A DNA stretch of 63,284 nucleotides, filler included, from Lenisia limosa (lineage: Eukaryota; Protista; Breviatea): NCBI GenBank assembly GCA_001655205.1. It is 8 parts of 8 records of this genome, joined end to end, with 100 filler letters (N's around TTAATTAATTAA, not from the genome) between each part and the next. Parts side by side here need not be neighbours in the genome. Positions count along the whole stretch, not along the records: positions 22,003 to 27,868 come from LPNZ01007574.1; positions 27,969 to 29,514 come from LPNZ01005759.1; positions 29,615 to 32,086 come from LPNZ01001797.1; positions 32,187 to 37,760 come from LPNZ01007630.1; 4 more parts are not named here. One strand, given 5' to 3'. The notes beneath the pieces are model-generated. The model searched no databases. It was given only the letters and a program-made list of their open reading frames with translations, and was not told the origin of the DNA. The translations under genes and the position numbers were made by a program. Below, piece by piece: positions 25,755 to 37,728 of the stretch (position 1 is the first letter of the stretch; each line of letters begins with the position of its first letter).

Positions 25755-28062
25755 ATGTGGAAGCAACGAAAGATCATTGAGGGAGTCTCCGCATCATCAA
25801 TCGTCGATTTAAAGGCAGGTATGAAGCTATACAACTTTCTTTTATGTTTTCTTGTCAGGTTTTCTTTACTTTTGTACTAGTTTTCTTTGTTGTCTTTACC
25901 ACTATTACCCTTTTTCCGCGATGTTAACGTTTCAGTGCTCTATGAAAAGGAGTCTGATGTGGCCCAAAACAAACAAAAGCAGCAGAACCAAGGGGGCGGA
26001 CTTTTAAGACTAAAGGTACTTATTAATAATATATTAGTAATAATAAGACTAAAGTTTGGAACTACTCAAATGGACATGTCTGCACTTTCTTCCTTTTTAA
26101 AATATTATTTAGGGACCAGGTAAACTGAGAGAAAGGGACACACTTGGCTTTAACCGAGGTGAGTGAGAGAGGAGGGGGACATGGAGTTATATCGCTTTTG
26201 GCATTCCTGAGCTTTATGCGGTCCGACAAAAAATTGATAATTGAGGATTTATTGAGAAATTCGGTCATCTTTTTATTTTTTTAGAAGCAAATCCTGATAA
26301 TTATATTATGTTATAATGGTTCTTCAACAGACCGGCAAATTCTGTAGTTTATTATGTCATTTTTCATCTACCTGAAATGAAACTTTCGTTTACTTGTACC
26401 AGGGGCAGCACAGCGTCATGAAAGAGACTTGCATGAGGAGAGGGAGGCAGTTCGGAGGGGCGAGGTGGGTGGCGTGTTACCTTCTTCGGCGCTATGATTA
26501 GTGTTTCACTTCGGTAGACTTCTGATCCTCCCCCCCCCCCNNNNNNNNNNNNNNNNNNNNNNNNNNNNNNNNNNNNNNNNNNNNNNNNNNNNNNNNNNNN
26601 NNNNNNNNNNNNNNNNNNNNNNNNNNNNNNNNNNNNNNNNNNNNTAATATACTTTTGCAGCAAAAACTAAATATTCGATATATCAGCATTCCTGTGGTCT
26701 GATAGCTCCAGAAAGCCCTTGCCAACAAACAAAGAATATACGACAGTAGAGGTGAGGGGGTTTTGATTTTAAAAAGTATTTTATCTATGTGTATACAGTG
26801 ATTGGGATTAGTCTTGACCGATTATCTATGTGATTTCCCAAGGATAGGTCAAGACTTACCTGGTCACTGTATGTATAAAGGATATTCATATTTCCACCCT
26901 TTTAACAACTGTTCAACTCTCAGTTCTTATTTGTATTGGAAAATAATACCTTGTTTTTGTCATATGATGTACATATGGAGTGGTTTTCCATATTCCTGCA
27001 TATAATAAAGAGAAAAATGACTTCTTATGTGAAAGTTCTGATAGGAAGACTCCACTTTGATGACTAAACAATGACAAAACCTTCGATAAATATCGAAAAA
27101 AGAAATTCATTTGTTCGATGTTTTATCTTCGACACGGAAAATGAAGCTTAGAGATGACTCCATCATTTACGTATTCAGCCAAGAGGGAGGGAGTTAATGA
27201 GGAAATGGAGGATGAGAGGAACTTAGTCGACTTCCAGGAAAGGGCCTTTCTGAAGCACCAACATGCAACGGTGGGTTATTGGTCATTTTATGTGCACATA
27301 TGTGTAGTACATGTAATATTTGGCCAGATACAGCCTTGTTTTATTTCTCATCTCTATAATATGCATAGCTGCTACATGTACTATATGAAATACAATACTA
27401 CACAGCTCTCCTTTCTCATTTGCAACAGATCCTCTTATCAACACAAGTGATACTCATCTGTTCTATGATTTGATGATATTCTAAGAAGATCATTTAAAGT
27501 TATCAAGATTATGTTCTTTCTATTCTTTGTTCCTTTTTTATTTTGCACCCCTTTATATTTTTCAGCGTGTTGATGGGCATTATGTTGACGAGTTCGGCCG
27601 AAGAATTACGTGGGTTCACACTACAGCGTTTATTCTTGATGTTTCGGCTTTTATTCCTGATGTTTCATCTCTTATTCTTGATTCAGACTTTGTTTAGTTT
27701 TTATGACCCGGACTCTTTTTTTCACATAATATTAGCGATTTTAACTCACTCCCCGCCCCCCTCTCTCTTGTTCATAACTGTTGATACTTTGTGTTATCTC
27801 AGGGTTTTTCTTTCTCTTTCGTTTTCAAATGAAAAATAGTATTGTACACCCTTCAGGTCTTAGTACCTNNNNNNNNNNNNNNNNNNNNNNNNNNNNNNNN
27901 NNNNNNNNNNNNTTAATTAATTAANNNNNNNNNNNNNNNNNNNNNNNNNNNNNNNNNNNNNNNNNNNNAAATATCAAAAATCGATCCATCCGCCCCTGCG
28001 TATTACTCCTCCCTCGTCATTTCTCCAAATATGGTACGTTACCCCCACGTTGTTTTGTTTCT
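25755..28062 (+). CDS. CCDC174-like (DUF4078) coiled-coil protein; 3' end uncertain
   Basis: MWKQRKIIEGVSASSIVDLKA|VLYEK, LQKALANKQRIYD, NLVDFQER and GHYVDEFGRR resemble CCDC174 motifs as I recall them (ASSLVDLKAEL, KAKLYE, LVDF, VDSLGR). Confidence 0.7.
26796..26869. mobile_element. Family A palindromic MITE with TA on both sides
   Basis: TA-CAGTGATTGGGATTAGTCTTGACC...GGTCAAGACTTACCTGGTCACTG-TA. Confidence 0.85.
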
Positions 28063-28879
28063 CATCTGTACATATGTTATGGCTTCTCCTCATTCCCACA
28101 AACTATGGAATGTTGAATTGCATTTTTTATATCACTAAAACAGTTTTGTTATTAAAAGTATCCTTCCCAGTGATCTGCAGAAGCGACTGGTTTGGGCTTT
28201 TTTTTTTGTTTTGCTGTTTTATATCCTTGTGTGTTTTCCAAATACTTGTCTATTTTCTGGCTGTTTCATAAGTTGTCCCGTTCACCCCATCCTCCCGCAG
28301 CTACCCAAAACCACCACAATAGTCGACCTGATGACAACTTCGGGCAAAAACGGCCTTCTTCTCTCCCACCTCAAGTCGGTCGTCCCTTCAGCTGTCTTGG
28401 TATGCTTGAGGCAAGATTTCGTTTTCAAAACAGTCGTTTATGTATGACTGGGGCTACATTTCGATAAACTTCCGAAAGTGAAGATATGGTTGTACCCAAA
28501 GGGCCCAAGATATGGATATTCTTGAGTATGACTCACTCCGAAGGAAACCTACCCTCAACTGCTGCCAAACAAACTCCATTTTGCCCTTGTTTTTGTGGTG
28601 GGTTAGGGAAGCTCCATTTTGTTCATTTCATGCCTAATTTGGGGGTTTATTTTTATTTCTGTCATTAGCCCTTTATCGAGCGTTGTTGATCATGAAATAT
28701 CCAGTGGTACTTTTTGATATCTACATTGCTCAATGAAAGGCGAGAGATAAAAATGAAATAAATACCCAAAATAGGCATGAAATATGCAGCAGAAAGGAAT
28801 GGCCGGTATAATATCAAAACTGATTGAGATATTTTTTGTGATTCGAGCTAGGGTGAGTCTTCCTTTCAAAAGACTGAAT

Positions 28880-28978
28880 GAGGGCTTCACTTCGATTTGA
28901 AAAAAGAATGAATTTCTCCATTTATCTTCGAAAATTATCGATATTGTACCGTATTTGGCGAACCGATTTGAAACCCTA
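28880..28978. mobile_element. Family B hAT-type MITE, degenerate
   Basis: AGGGCTTCACTTCG...GAAACCCTA; no TSD recognisable. Confidence 0.65.
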
Positions 28979-29399
28979 ATTCGGGCTTTTTTTTTCGGAT
29001 CACAGCGAATCCTTTCAAAAGCTACAATTGGNNNNNNNNNNNNNNNNNNNNNNNNNNNNNNNNNNNNNNNNNNNNNNNNNNNNNNNNNNNNNNNNNNNNN
29101 NNNNNATATGATGACGATTCACCCTAGTACACTATACTAATAATTATTTAACTCCCTTAGTCCGAAAACCCAACCTTCCCGGAAGAAATCACAGATGTTC
29201 CAGGTGGGTACTGTAATATTTAATAAGGACCCCTTATTCTCTTGATGTTGTAGACGGCTTCGGCCAGATACCATCATCAATATGCCTGACATATAAATAA
29301 TGTAGTTAATGTCGGTAAACAAACAAATCCAAACCATCAGGTTTCTGGATTCTTCTATCCTAACACATCCATTTCTATCATATAACTCATTCAGGTGTC

Positions 29400-32300
29400 T
29401 TCTATCATAGCACATCCCTTGACAGCTTGGCGACCTTGTTTGGCCCTAAAATTGCCCCCAAAATTGCGGGTTGGAATGGGGATATGGGGGGAGGGTAGAG
29501 AGAGGTAGAGTGGANNNNNNNNNNNNNNNNNNNNNNNNNNNNNNNNNNNNNNNNNNNNTTAATTAATTAANNNNNNNNNNNNNNNNNNNNNNNNNNNNNN
29601 NNNNNNNNNNNNNNATACCTATACGATAATATATATATACTATATATATTAGATATATATATATAGTGCGTGAGATAAGTTTGGTTGTACATATTCCCCA
29701 TCATTTCTAAAACACCCACAATACCTCCTCTTCACTCCATTTCTCGCGCTTTCTCTACACAAGGTAAATATAATCCAAAAAAATTGTTTTGTCATTCTAT
29801 TATAGTACATATCTGTGAATTTTCTCTATCTGTTAAAACAAGCCAAATGAACATTTTCCTTGATAAAAAAAGTATCACAGTGTTTATCAGATAATGTTAA
29901 TTCTTTTTGAGGATCATCTTCAGAATTTACTTCAAATAAAAACAACAAAAATAACATATACGACAGAAAACAAAGGTTTCACCTCTGAGGAAATAATTGA
30001 TCTATTTTACATTTTCCCATACGCNNNNNNNNNNNNNNNNNNNNNNNNNNNNNNNNNNNNNNNNNNNNNNNNNNNNNNNNNNNNNNNNNNNNNNGTGCTA
30101 GCAACAAGAGTGTTACGTCTATTATTTTTAGTTCGAGACCATATTTGGATCAAATTTTTCGCTTATTTCAAATCAATTCACAGAGGAAAATTCACAGATA
30201 TATGGACGGTGTGATTTGATTTTTTCAAATTTACACTATTGTATAGAGATCAGAAATAAAAAAGGTTGTATCTGGCCGAATCCGTCCACACCATCAGGCT
30301 TATAAGAGAAATTGGATTTTAGAATAATATTAATCCACCAAACATCTCTCCATAGTCACTCTTCAACATCCATTTCCCGCATCACATAATATCTTAAATG
30401 ATATACAATGTATTTATTTATTATGTCCATAGTCCCCTTTTCAATATAACTAGGGCTTCACTTCGGTTGGAATAAGACCTGCAAAATATCGATAGTTTTC
30501 GAGGATTTATCGGGAAATTCAGTCTTTTTTCGAACCGAAGTGAAGTCTTAAATATAACATTTCAAGCCCACTTTTTTTCGCTCCACAGCTCCCGATGAAA
30601 GGGTAGGGAACGTCCAAGGTAGTCGCTCAATATTTGGAGGGATCCGTGAGAAGTTAGAATGGTGCTCAATCTGTTTGGGGGGGGGGGGGNNNNNNNNNNN
30701 NNNNNNNNNNNNNNNNNNNNNNNNNNNNNNNNNNNNNNNNNNNNNNNNNNNNNNNNNNNNNNNNNNCCCATCCCTCCAGCGTACAAGGGTTACAAATGGA
30801 AATTGAAATAAAAGCCCAAAATTCTCTTTTGGTAAAGTATTTGAGAAACATAGTGACCAGGATAAGTCTTGACCGAATTGCCTTGGATTTCCCAATAAAA
30901 ATAGGTTATCTCTGTCACTGTAAAAGGGCAACAAACAACAAAACAACAAAGCCCAGGCCAGTAGCTTCTGCATGGTATCCCATCACTCTAGTATACGTAA
31001 AAGGTATTTCAATCTATCCTACCACAGCCAGTGTATATGGTATCCCCCTACCACAGCCATTGTATATGGTATCCCTATGTTGTATTAATATATCCCCCTC
31101 CCCAACTACCGATTTGGCGAATTCTGCGGCATCGAGGTTATCATCAAATGCCAGGGAAAGGAGCGGGCCCAAATCGGAGTAACTGGATGCTAGCATGCCA
31201 AGTTTGCGGAAGGATGGCTGGGGTGTTGGTATCCCGAGGATAAAATATCATATACAATGACCGCGATAAGTCCTTTATTGACAAGAGATAAAGCTCAATA
31301 TTTGTTTCAGGACTTATCACGGCCAGTAACAACATGTATAATATCTGTAAAACATATCATATATTATACAATATCATACGTTATCAGACTAACTTCGGTA
31401 AAATAAAATGGTGAAAGTGTGATATCTTACAGCAGATTATAGTTATATGAAAGAAAAAAAAGTATTATAGCCCATCGTATTATACATATGTCAATACAAA
31501 TATGGTATAAAATTGCTATAATGAAAGAATATGTCTTACCTCGAGCTTTTGATTGAGTTGATTATCTTCCTAAATCGGTAACAAAATTTGCATTTAAAGT
31601 CTGAAATGGCTACAGTACGTCGCAATTCCAATTTTAAAAATTTCTAATTAATTGCGCAAAGACTTAGTTATAGTGTCATAATAATCTTCGAAGGTATCAA
31701 AAGTTGAATTCCCATCGAATTAGGATGCACTTGATTTGTCTGCATTTTTAATATGTACAGTGACCGGGGTAAGTCTTGACAGCTGCTGTGTGATTTTCCA
31801 AGGAAAACCGGTCAATCAAAAGAGTGATAGGTTGACGGATTTTCCGTGGGAAATCACATAGTAAATCGTTCAAGATGTATTCAGGACTGGAGATAAGTTT
31901 CACTTCAAAATGTTTCTGGTTGATGAATTGAACCCCCCAACTACTAAATAATTACTGATACAACGATTTTTTTTTGTTGTTTTCAACTCGTGTCAGAGTT
32001 GATTGTAGGCTGTTTTCTGTTCCATATATTTACCCATTTACCCCACCTCCCCACCCTGCGTTTGTTCCGTATGATGTTTCCGGCTTNNNNNNNNNNNNNN
32101 NNNNNNNNNNNNNNNNNNNNNNNNNNNNNNTTAATTAATTAANNNNNNNNNNNNNNNNNNNNNNNNNNNNNNNNNNNNNNNNNNNNTACGAGGGTCTTGC
32201 AAAGCATTGTACCGGCTCAGGGGAGGGTGACCTATAATGTAATAATAATAATGATGATGGTGGTGGTGATAACGATGGTGATGATGGTGGAGATCTATGT

Positions 32301-32758
32301 TGTGAGAAAGATGTACAGTATCCCTTTGCCTCCTCACTCTTTGATAATTTGTGCTGTTTCAGAAGGATAGGTATATTACTTTACTTCCATAAATTTCGGT
32401 GTTGTGTTGTTTTATCTTTCAATAAATGCGCCTTTTTATCAAAAACAAATAGTATCACCCCTCTCGATCATGAATTAGTGCAAAGTATACTCTGGAAGAC
32501 CAAGTTGCTATGAACAAGGAATCCGAAAAATCATCAGAGTATCATTGAGAGACCCTTTAAAGACGCCTTGGCTGACTTAACAACCCCGGCATTGCCTTCA
32601 ACACACTGAATTTACCAACATATGAGAAACCTGGCAGAAACCTCCTACTCGAACGAAAGCCGGCCGAAAGACTTCAGCGATGAGATGTGCGAAGATGATT
32701 TGAGGGTGCAGTAAGGGGAAAGAGGCTCAGAAGGAGACGAGTCTGTGGACTCGGCCAT
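29400..32758 (-). CDS. Hypothetical multi-exon gene (spans two linkers; model uncertain)
   Basis: ATG 32758 (MAESTDSSPSEPLFPLLHPQIIFAHLIAEVFRPAF). Exons ASSYSDLGPLLSLAFDDNLDAAEFAKS| and IEHHSNFSRIPPNIERLPWTFPTLSSGAVERKK| join in phase 0. Confidence 0.4.
29805..30213. mobile_element. Family D TIR element, orientation opposite to 7714-8087
   Basis: 30094-30213 is the reverse complement of ~7714-7830; 29805-29865 is the reverse complement of ~8022-8080. Confidence 0.75.
30245..30345 (-). repeat. Family C dispersed repeat
   Basis: Reverse complement reads ...ATAAGCCTGATGGTGTGGACGGATTCGGCCAGATACAACCTTTTT. Confidence 0.8.
30451..30550. mobile_element. Family B hAT-type MITE with perfect 8-bp TSD
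   Basis: AATATAAC-TAGGGCTTCACTTCGGTT...AACCGAAGTGAAGTCTTA-AATATAAC. Confidence 0.92.
30851..30920. mobile_element. Family A MITE nested inside a family E element (30790-30996)
   Basis: TAGTGACCAGGATAAGTCTTGACC...GTCACTG-TA interrupts E-like sequence on both sides. Confidence 0.7.
31255..31326. mobile_element. Family A variant (different core; second copy 55172-55246)
   Basis: GACCGCGATAAGTCCT...AGGACTTATCACGGCC arms; core AGATAAAGCTCAATAT shared with 55205-55220. Confidence 0.65.
31758..31885. mobile_element. Family A composite/double copy
   Basis: TA-CAGTGACCGGGGTAAGTCTTGAC..., with two core segments in tandem. Confidence 0.65.
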
Positions 32759-32965
32759 TGTTTCGCACTCTTCCTCACATTTCTACATATAAATGCCAAA
32801 TATCACAGGGCTAAAGAGATTTATAAGACACAAAAGTTGCACAAAAGGCTTTTTTGATTTGTTTTTGAAAAATAGTTGGCGGCAGCGTGGCGTCGAGTAT
32901 AAAATACCAATTTTTTAAAAAAAGTCGCAAATTAAATATACGAGTGTAAATGATAGATTGTGGTC

Positions 32966-35900
32966 ATGTCAGATAAGCTTTTAGAAGAAGTTGAGCGGAT
33001 TCGACGCCGTCGACGGGAGAGATTCGAACAAAACCGACAACGTAGTCCTCGCCCTTTCCCTTTGCCTGTCTAATATCATTTAGAACTTGAGAAGTCACAC
33101 GTGTCGCCAGTGCGAGCACCGCTATCGACTTCGACAGCGCCAGCCACAGAGCCAACCGTTGCGCCTCAACCAGTGTCCTTCCGAGATGGTGGCGACGTGG
33201 AAGCGCTTCTTGACAGATTGAGGGAGAGCAGGAAGAGGCGTGCGGCCCTTCATGGTGGGAATTCGCGGTCTTTTCTGATGCCAACGGAAACTGATTTGTT
33301 TTTCGGGCTGATCATTACTTTCTTTTTTCAAGAATAACTGCTTTGTTTTTTTGGGCAAGTTGTTTCTCCACTGTGTGGCTCTATGAAGAAGAGAAATAAT
33401 CAAGGAGTATCGGAGTTAAATTCGCCCACATTATCATGTTTATAATTGTATAATTATGTTTCCTTATGATTGGGTGAATTTCTATAATCAATCTCTTATA
33501 AGCGTGATGGNNNNNNNNNNNNNNNNNNNNNNNNNNNNNNNNNNNNNNNNNNNNNNNNNNNNNNNCCTAATCATTTGCTTAACTTCTTTTTGAGAAAAAT
33601 AGTTACAACTAGGGTAATAACTATGTATTGATTTGTAGATTTGATTAACGGGTGCAGGGGTATTATTATTCAGCATCATACACGAATTTTGCGCATTGCT
33701 TGTCACATTTTGCTACATATTACCCTGCGATACTTAGACTGAAAGCATAAACCGCTGTTGTGTCTTTTTGCCCTGTGGTGATACGTCCTGTTATTGTTGC
33801 TGGCTTCTGTTTTCACCTCTCCCATTATTCCGCCTTCTCTTTGGCTATTTTCACCTCTCCCATTATTCCGCCTTATCTTGTCCTTCGCTTTACTACATTT
33901 ATTTTCACGTACACTGGAGTGATGGGATAGCGACTGGCCTGGGCTTNNNNNNNNNNNNNNNNNNNNNNNNNNNNNNNNNNNNNNNNNNNNNNNNNNNNNN
34001 NNNNNNNNNNNTAAATTTCCAGTTTTACCCCTCCTCCCCTCCAGGACGACAAGATACCATTACAGCACCACCTCAGCTGGTTGGTGGATGTGGAATGGGG
34101 GTGTTTTGTAGTGCAGATAAAATTGTCAATTTTTACTCCTCCATTCACTAGAGTGATGGAATGAGGNNNNNNNNNNGTTGGTTTTCCCAGGGTTTTTTGT
34201 TTCATGAATTTTCCCTTTTTCCTCCCTCACTAGTTCAAAATTGTGACGACTCAGATTGAAGAACCTTCACCACCAGTGTTCACCCCAACAAGGGCGCCTC
34301 ATGAGGTAATAGGGGGATAATGATTAAGTACTTTATGGCCATATAGGATTATATAAACATGAGTGCCTAATAAGATGATAGAGGATATAACTTGAGTACA
34401 TGTATTTCATGATATCACATTTATTGCAGAAGGGGCTTGTACTTTATTGATAATTTGGGTGTGCTGGGGAGGCACTCCGCTGTGTTCACAGAGTTGCAAG
34501 ACAAATGATTGGGTGAATTAATATTATACTATAATTCAATATCTCTTATAAGCGTGNNNNNNNNNNNNNNNNNNNNNNNNNNNNNNNNNNNNNNNNNNNN
34601 NNNNNNNNNNNNNNNNNNNNNNNNNNNNNNNNNNNNNNNNNNNNNNNNNNNNNNNNNNNNNNNNNNNATAGGTCTTGACCGATTTTCTTGGGAAATCACA
34701 CATACACATTTTTGCCATAAACGCGAAATTAGGATTTATATTTACATCGTTAGTGCATATTTACGATATTAGGGTGTGAGCGCCGATACGGCCAATGATG
34801 TGCAGGAAATGCTCGCCGCCGTACGACGATCACGAGCGATCAGAATGGCGAGTAGGCTGGGGGATTGTTTTTAATTAGATGACACAGAAATTGTCCGTTT
34901 TTTGCTTTGTTGTTTGATTTTCCTCCATTTTTTACCTCCCAGTGGAGCAGGCTGACCGCGATGAAGGGAATGAAATTCCGTACCCCCACATTGAGCCAGA
35001 TCTGACCGCTTCTGAGCTTGCGACGCCGCAACCGGAGTGGGCTGGGTTATTTATTATTAGGAGTGCAATTGATTTTTTCAAGAAATTAATTGACACAATA
35101 TGAATAAAGTGTCTAAAATGGAGTTCCCATGACAATAGGTCTCACGTCAAATTTGCATGGTGTGGTTATTTATGCCATCTCCACAGCCTGGGTTTATATT
35201 AAGCTGCTTTTATAAGGCATGTATAAATATCGATCTTTATCGAGGATTTATCGAGGATTCAGTGAGTCCATAACCCAGGGGCATTTACCCTACTAATACA
35301 CCCCATCAACTATTATATAATACCCCAGGCCGGTGGAGGAGGAAAAGAAGGAAGTCAGACTATCCTCTCGTCGGCGCGGCCAGTTCCGAGCCAACTTCAA
35401 CGTCGATTCTGACAGACTACAGGCCATGGCGTCTCACGCAAGAATTGCACGTGCAGAGGTGGGAAGGGACTGGTGAATGCTGTTACTCAAAGTTCATACC
35501 ACTCTCTCAATATTAATTCTTCATAAATTTTCCAATTTTACTCCCCCCCCCCCCCNNNNNNNNNNNNNNNNNNNNNNNNNNNNNNNNNNNNNNNNNNNNN
35601 NNNNNNNNNNNNNNNNNNNNNNNNNNNNNNNNNNNNNNNNNNNNNNNNNNNNNNNNNNNNNNNNNNNNNNNNNNNNNNNNNNNNNNNNNNNNNNNNNNNN
35701 NNNNNNNNNNNNNNGCCTAAAAGCGCAGCAGGTGGCTCGGTCACGCTATAGTAGCGATTCGACGTTGAGTGCCCTGTCACGGACTATTCTTGACCGGAAT
35801 AAGGCCCCGGAGTGGGGGAGGGGGGGAGTTGACATATAATTTGGTATAATCTGGGGTATTATGTATTGGGCTTCCCTACGGTCCCAAAAAAGACCGAATC

Positions 35901-37547
35901 TCTCGATAAATCCTCGATAAATATAGATATTTTGATGGTCTTTTTCGGACTGCAGGGAAGCCCTAATTATGTATCATTGTGCAATGGGGGGAGGGGGGGT
36001 TATAGATAGAATGGTAAATATGTATCGTATTATTTGATGTTTTTCTGATCTTATAGAATTGTCCTCTCCTCACTCTTTTTAGATCTTATAGAGCTGTCCC
36101 CTCCTCACTCGTTTTAGATCTTATAGAGCTGTCCACCCCCTGCGGGCGTCAATGTCAGCAAAAAAGAAGCCCAATGGTGGGGGGGTTTTGAAGCAAGAAT
36201 ATCTATTGAATTTACAGTGACCGGGATAGTCTTGACCGATTTTCCCTGGGAAATCACATAGGAAATCGGTCAAGACTTATCCCGGTCACTGTGTTAAACC
36301 GTGGGTGCAAAAAGTCGGGCTTTTATTCTATAATATTTATATTTCATATACTTTGACATCATATAGAGATATTACATAGTATATTCTTATTTTGCTGTAA
36401 TATATCAGATGTACATTAGGTAAATTAATGTTATAATACTATAATCCAATATCTCTTTAAGCGTGATGGTGTGGACAACTTTGGCCGGATACAACCTTAT
36501 TTTTTATTTCTCATAATAAGATGAATTGTGTACATACACATGTAAAAATGTTCTCATAACTCAGTTCCCAACCCACGAGTTGACAGAGCGATTACAGAGT
36601 AGGAGGATTTGCCTTTGTCCTTATTCCATATTTACGACTTCATTTCTATCCGAAAAAAAGACCGATTTTCTCGATAATCCTCGACAACTATCGATATTTT
36701 ATTGGTCTTTTTCGGACCAAAGTGAAGTTCTCCATTCATTTTGTTGAGGAGAGTAGAACTGTGGATTTGCCTTTGTCCTTATTCTATACATTGACTCACT
36801 CAACTGTTAAGCCAACTGAGTTGTTTTTCTTTTGTTGTTTTTTTTCATAAATGTTCTCTTTGGTACATACAGTGATCAAACAAAAAAAAACAGAGAAACT
36901 CGTGTAGTACACAGAGTGTCTCCACTGAACGTACTATCGGTCACCTTTGGCGCTTTTAAGAACGTATACAGCCTTCTGAGCAACAGCCAGCACCGTACAT
37001 ATCAACATCCGTCATGTTATCAAAAGAGAGTACTTTCTGGAACAGCGTCTTCTCCGAGCTGGTCCCAGAAGGTCCGTGTTGATTCCTCAAGTAAGGGAAA
37101 GGGAGAGAGAGAGAGAGAGAGAGAGAGAACTCCCTTGGTCCAGTGGGATAAGTCTGGTTGATCTACACATGAATTAGCACCCATCTGTTAGAAGCAAAAA
37201 CGCAGATCTAATCGACATTACAGTTTTGCTGGACAAACATCCTCAGGTCTCGATTGTGGCGGACTTAATAATTTTCAGCAGTTGATGGGTCACTAAACCT
37301 CACAAATGGTGTTTTTTATTAGCAGATTTCATTGCTTCATCTATTTGGGTAAATTTGACATTAAAGAACAATACCATAAGAGATTGAGGTTACTTCCTCT
37401 CCGCCTTTGGTAGAAATCTATCTTTTGGAAACATCGGCCTCGAGCAGCTGTAAGGTGAAGAACACGTGTTAAAGCAGTTTATATTTCCAAAACCTGGAGT
37501 TACTTAATAACCATGTCGGCGTCACCAAAGCAACGTCACTGAAATAA
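32966..37547 (+). CDS. Hypothetical multi-exon charged/low-complexity protein; 3' end approximate
   Basis: ATG 32966 (MSDKLLEEVERIRRRRRERFEQNRQ) and successive GT-AG exons at 33085, 34053, 34234, 34770, 34945, 35328 and 35725 with open frames; no recognised domain. Confidence 0.5.
35866..35965. mobile_element. Family B hAT-type MITE (CCCTACGG subfamily) with perfect 8-bp TSD
   Basis: ATTATGTA-TTGGGCTTCCCTACGGTCC...GGACTGCAGGGAAGCCCTA-ATTATGTA. Confidence 0.92.
36215..36291. mobile_element. Family A palindromic MITE, best-preserved copy
   Basis: TA-CAGTGACCGGGATAGTCTTGACCGATTT...AAATCGGTCAAGACTTATCCCGGTCACTG-TG. Confidence 0.9.
36420..36525 (+). repeat. Family C dispersed repeat, near full length
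   Basis: TACTATAATCCAATATCTCTTTAAGCGTGATGGTGTGGACAACTTTGGCCGGATACAACCTTATTTTTTATTTCTCAT. Confidence 0.8.
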
Positions 37548-37728
37548 TTAGAAACGGTTGAATCGTGGTTTCTCATGGAAAACAGGTAAGGCTTATCTCG
37601 GCCACTTTACACATTCCAGTAACATCCCATAGCCGACAGAGTTGATTTGGGCCTTTTTGTTTCATAAATTTTAGAATCCCCCCAATATGACCATATAGAC
37701 CCCCAATATGACCATATAATATGACCAT

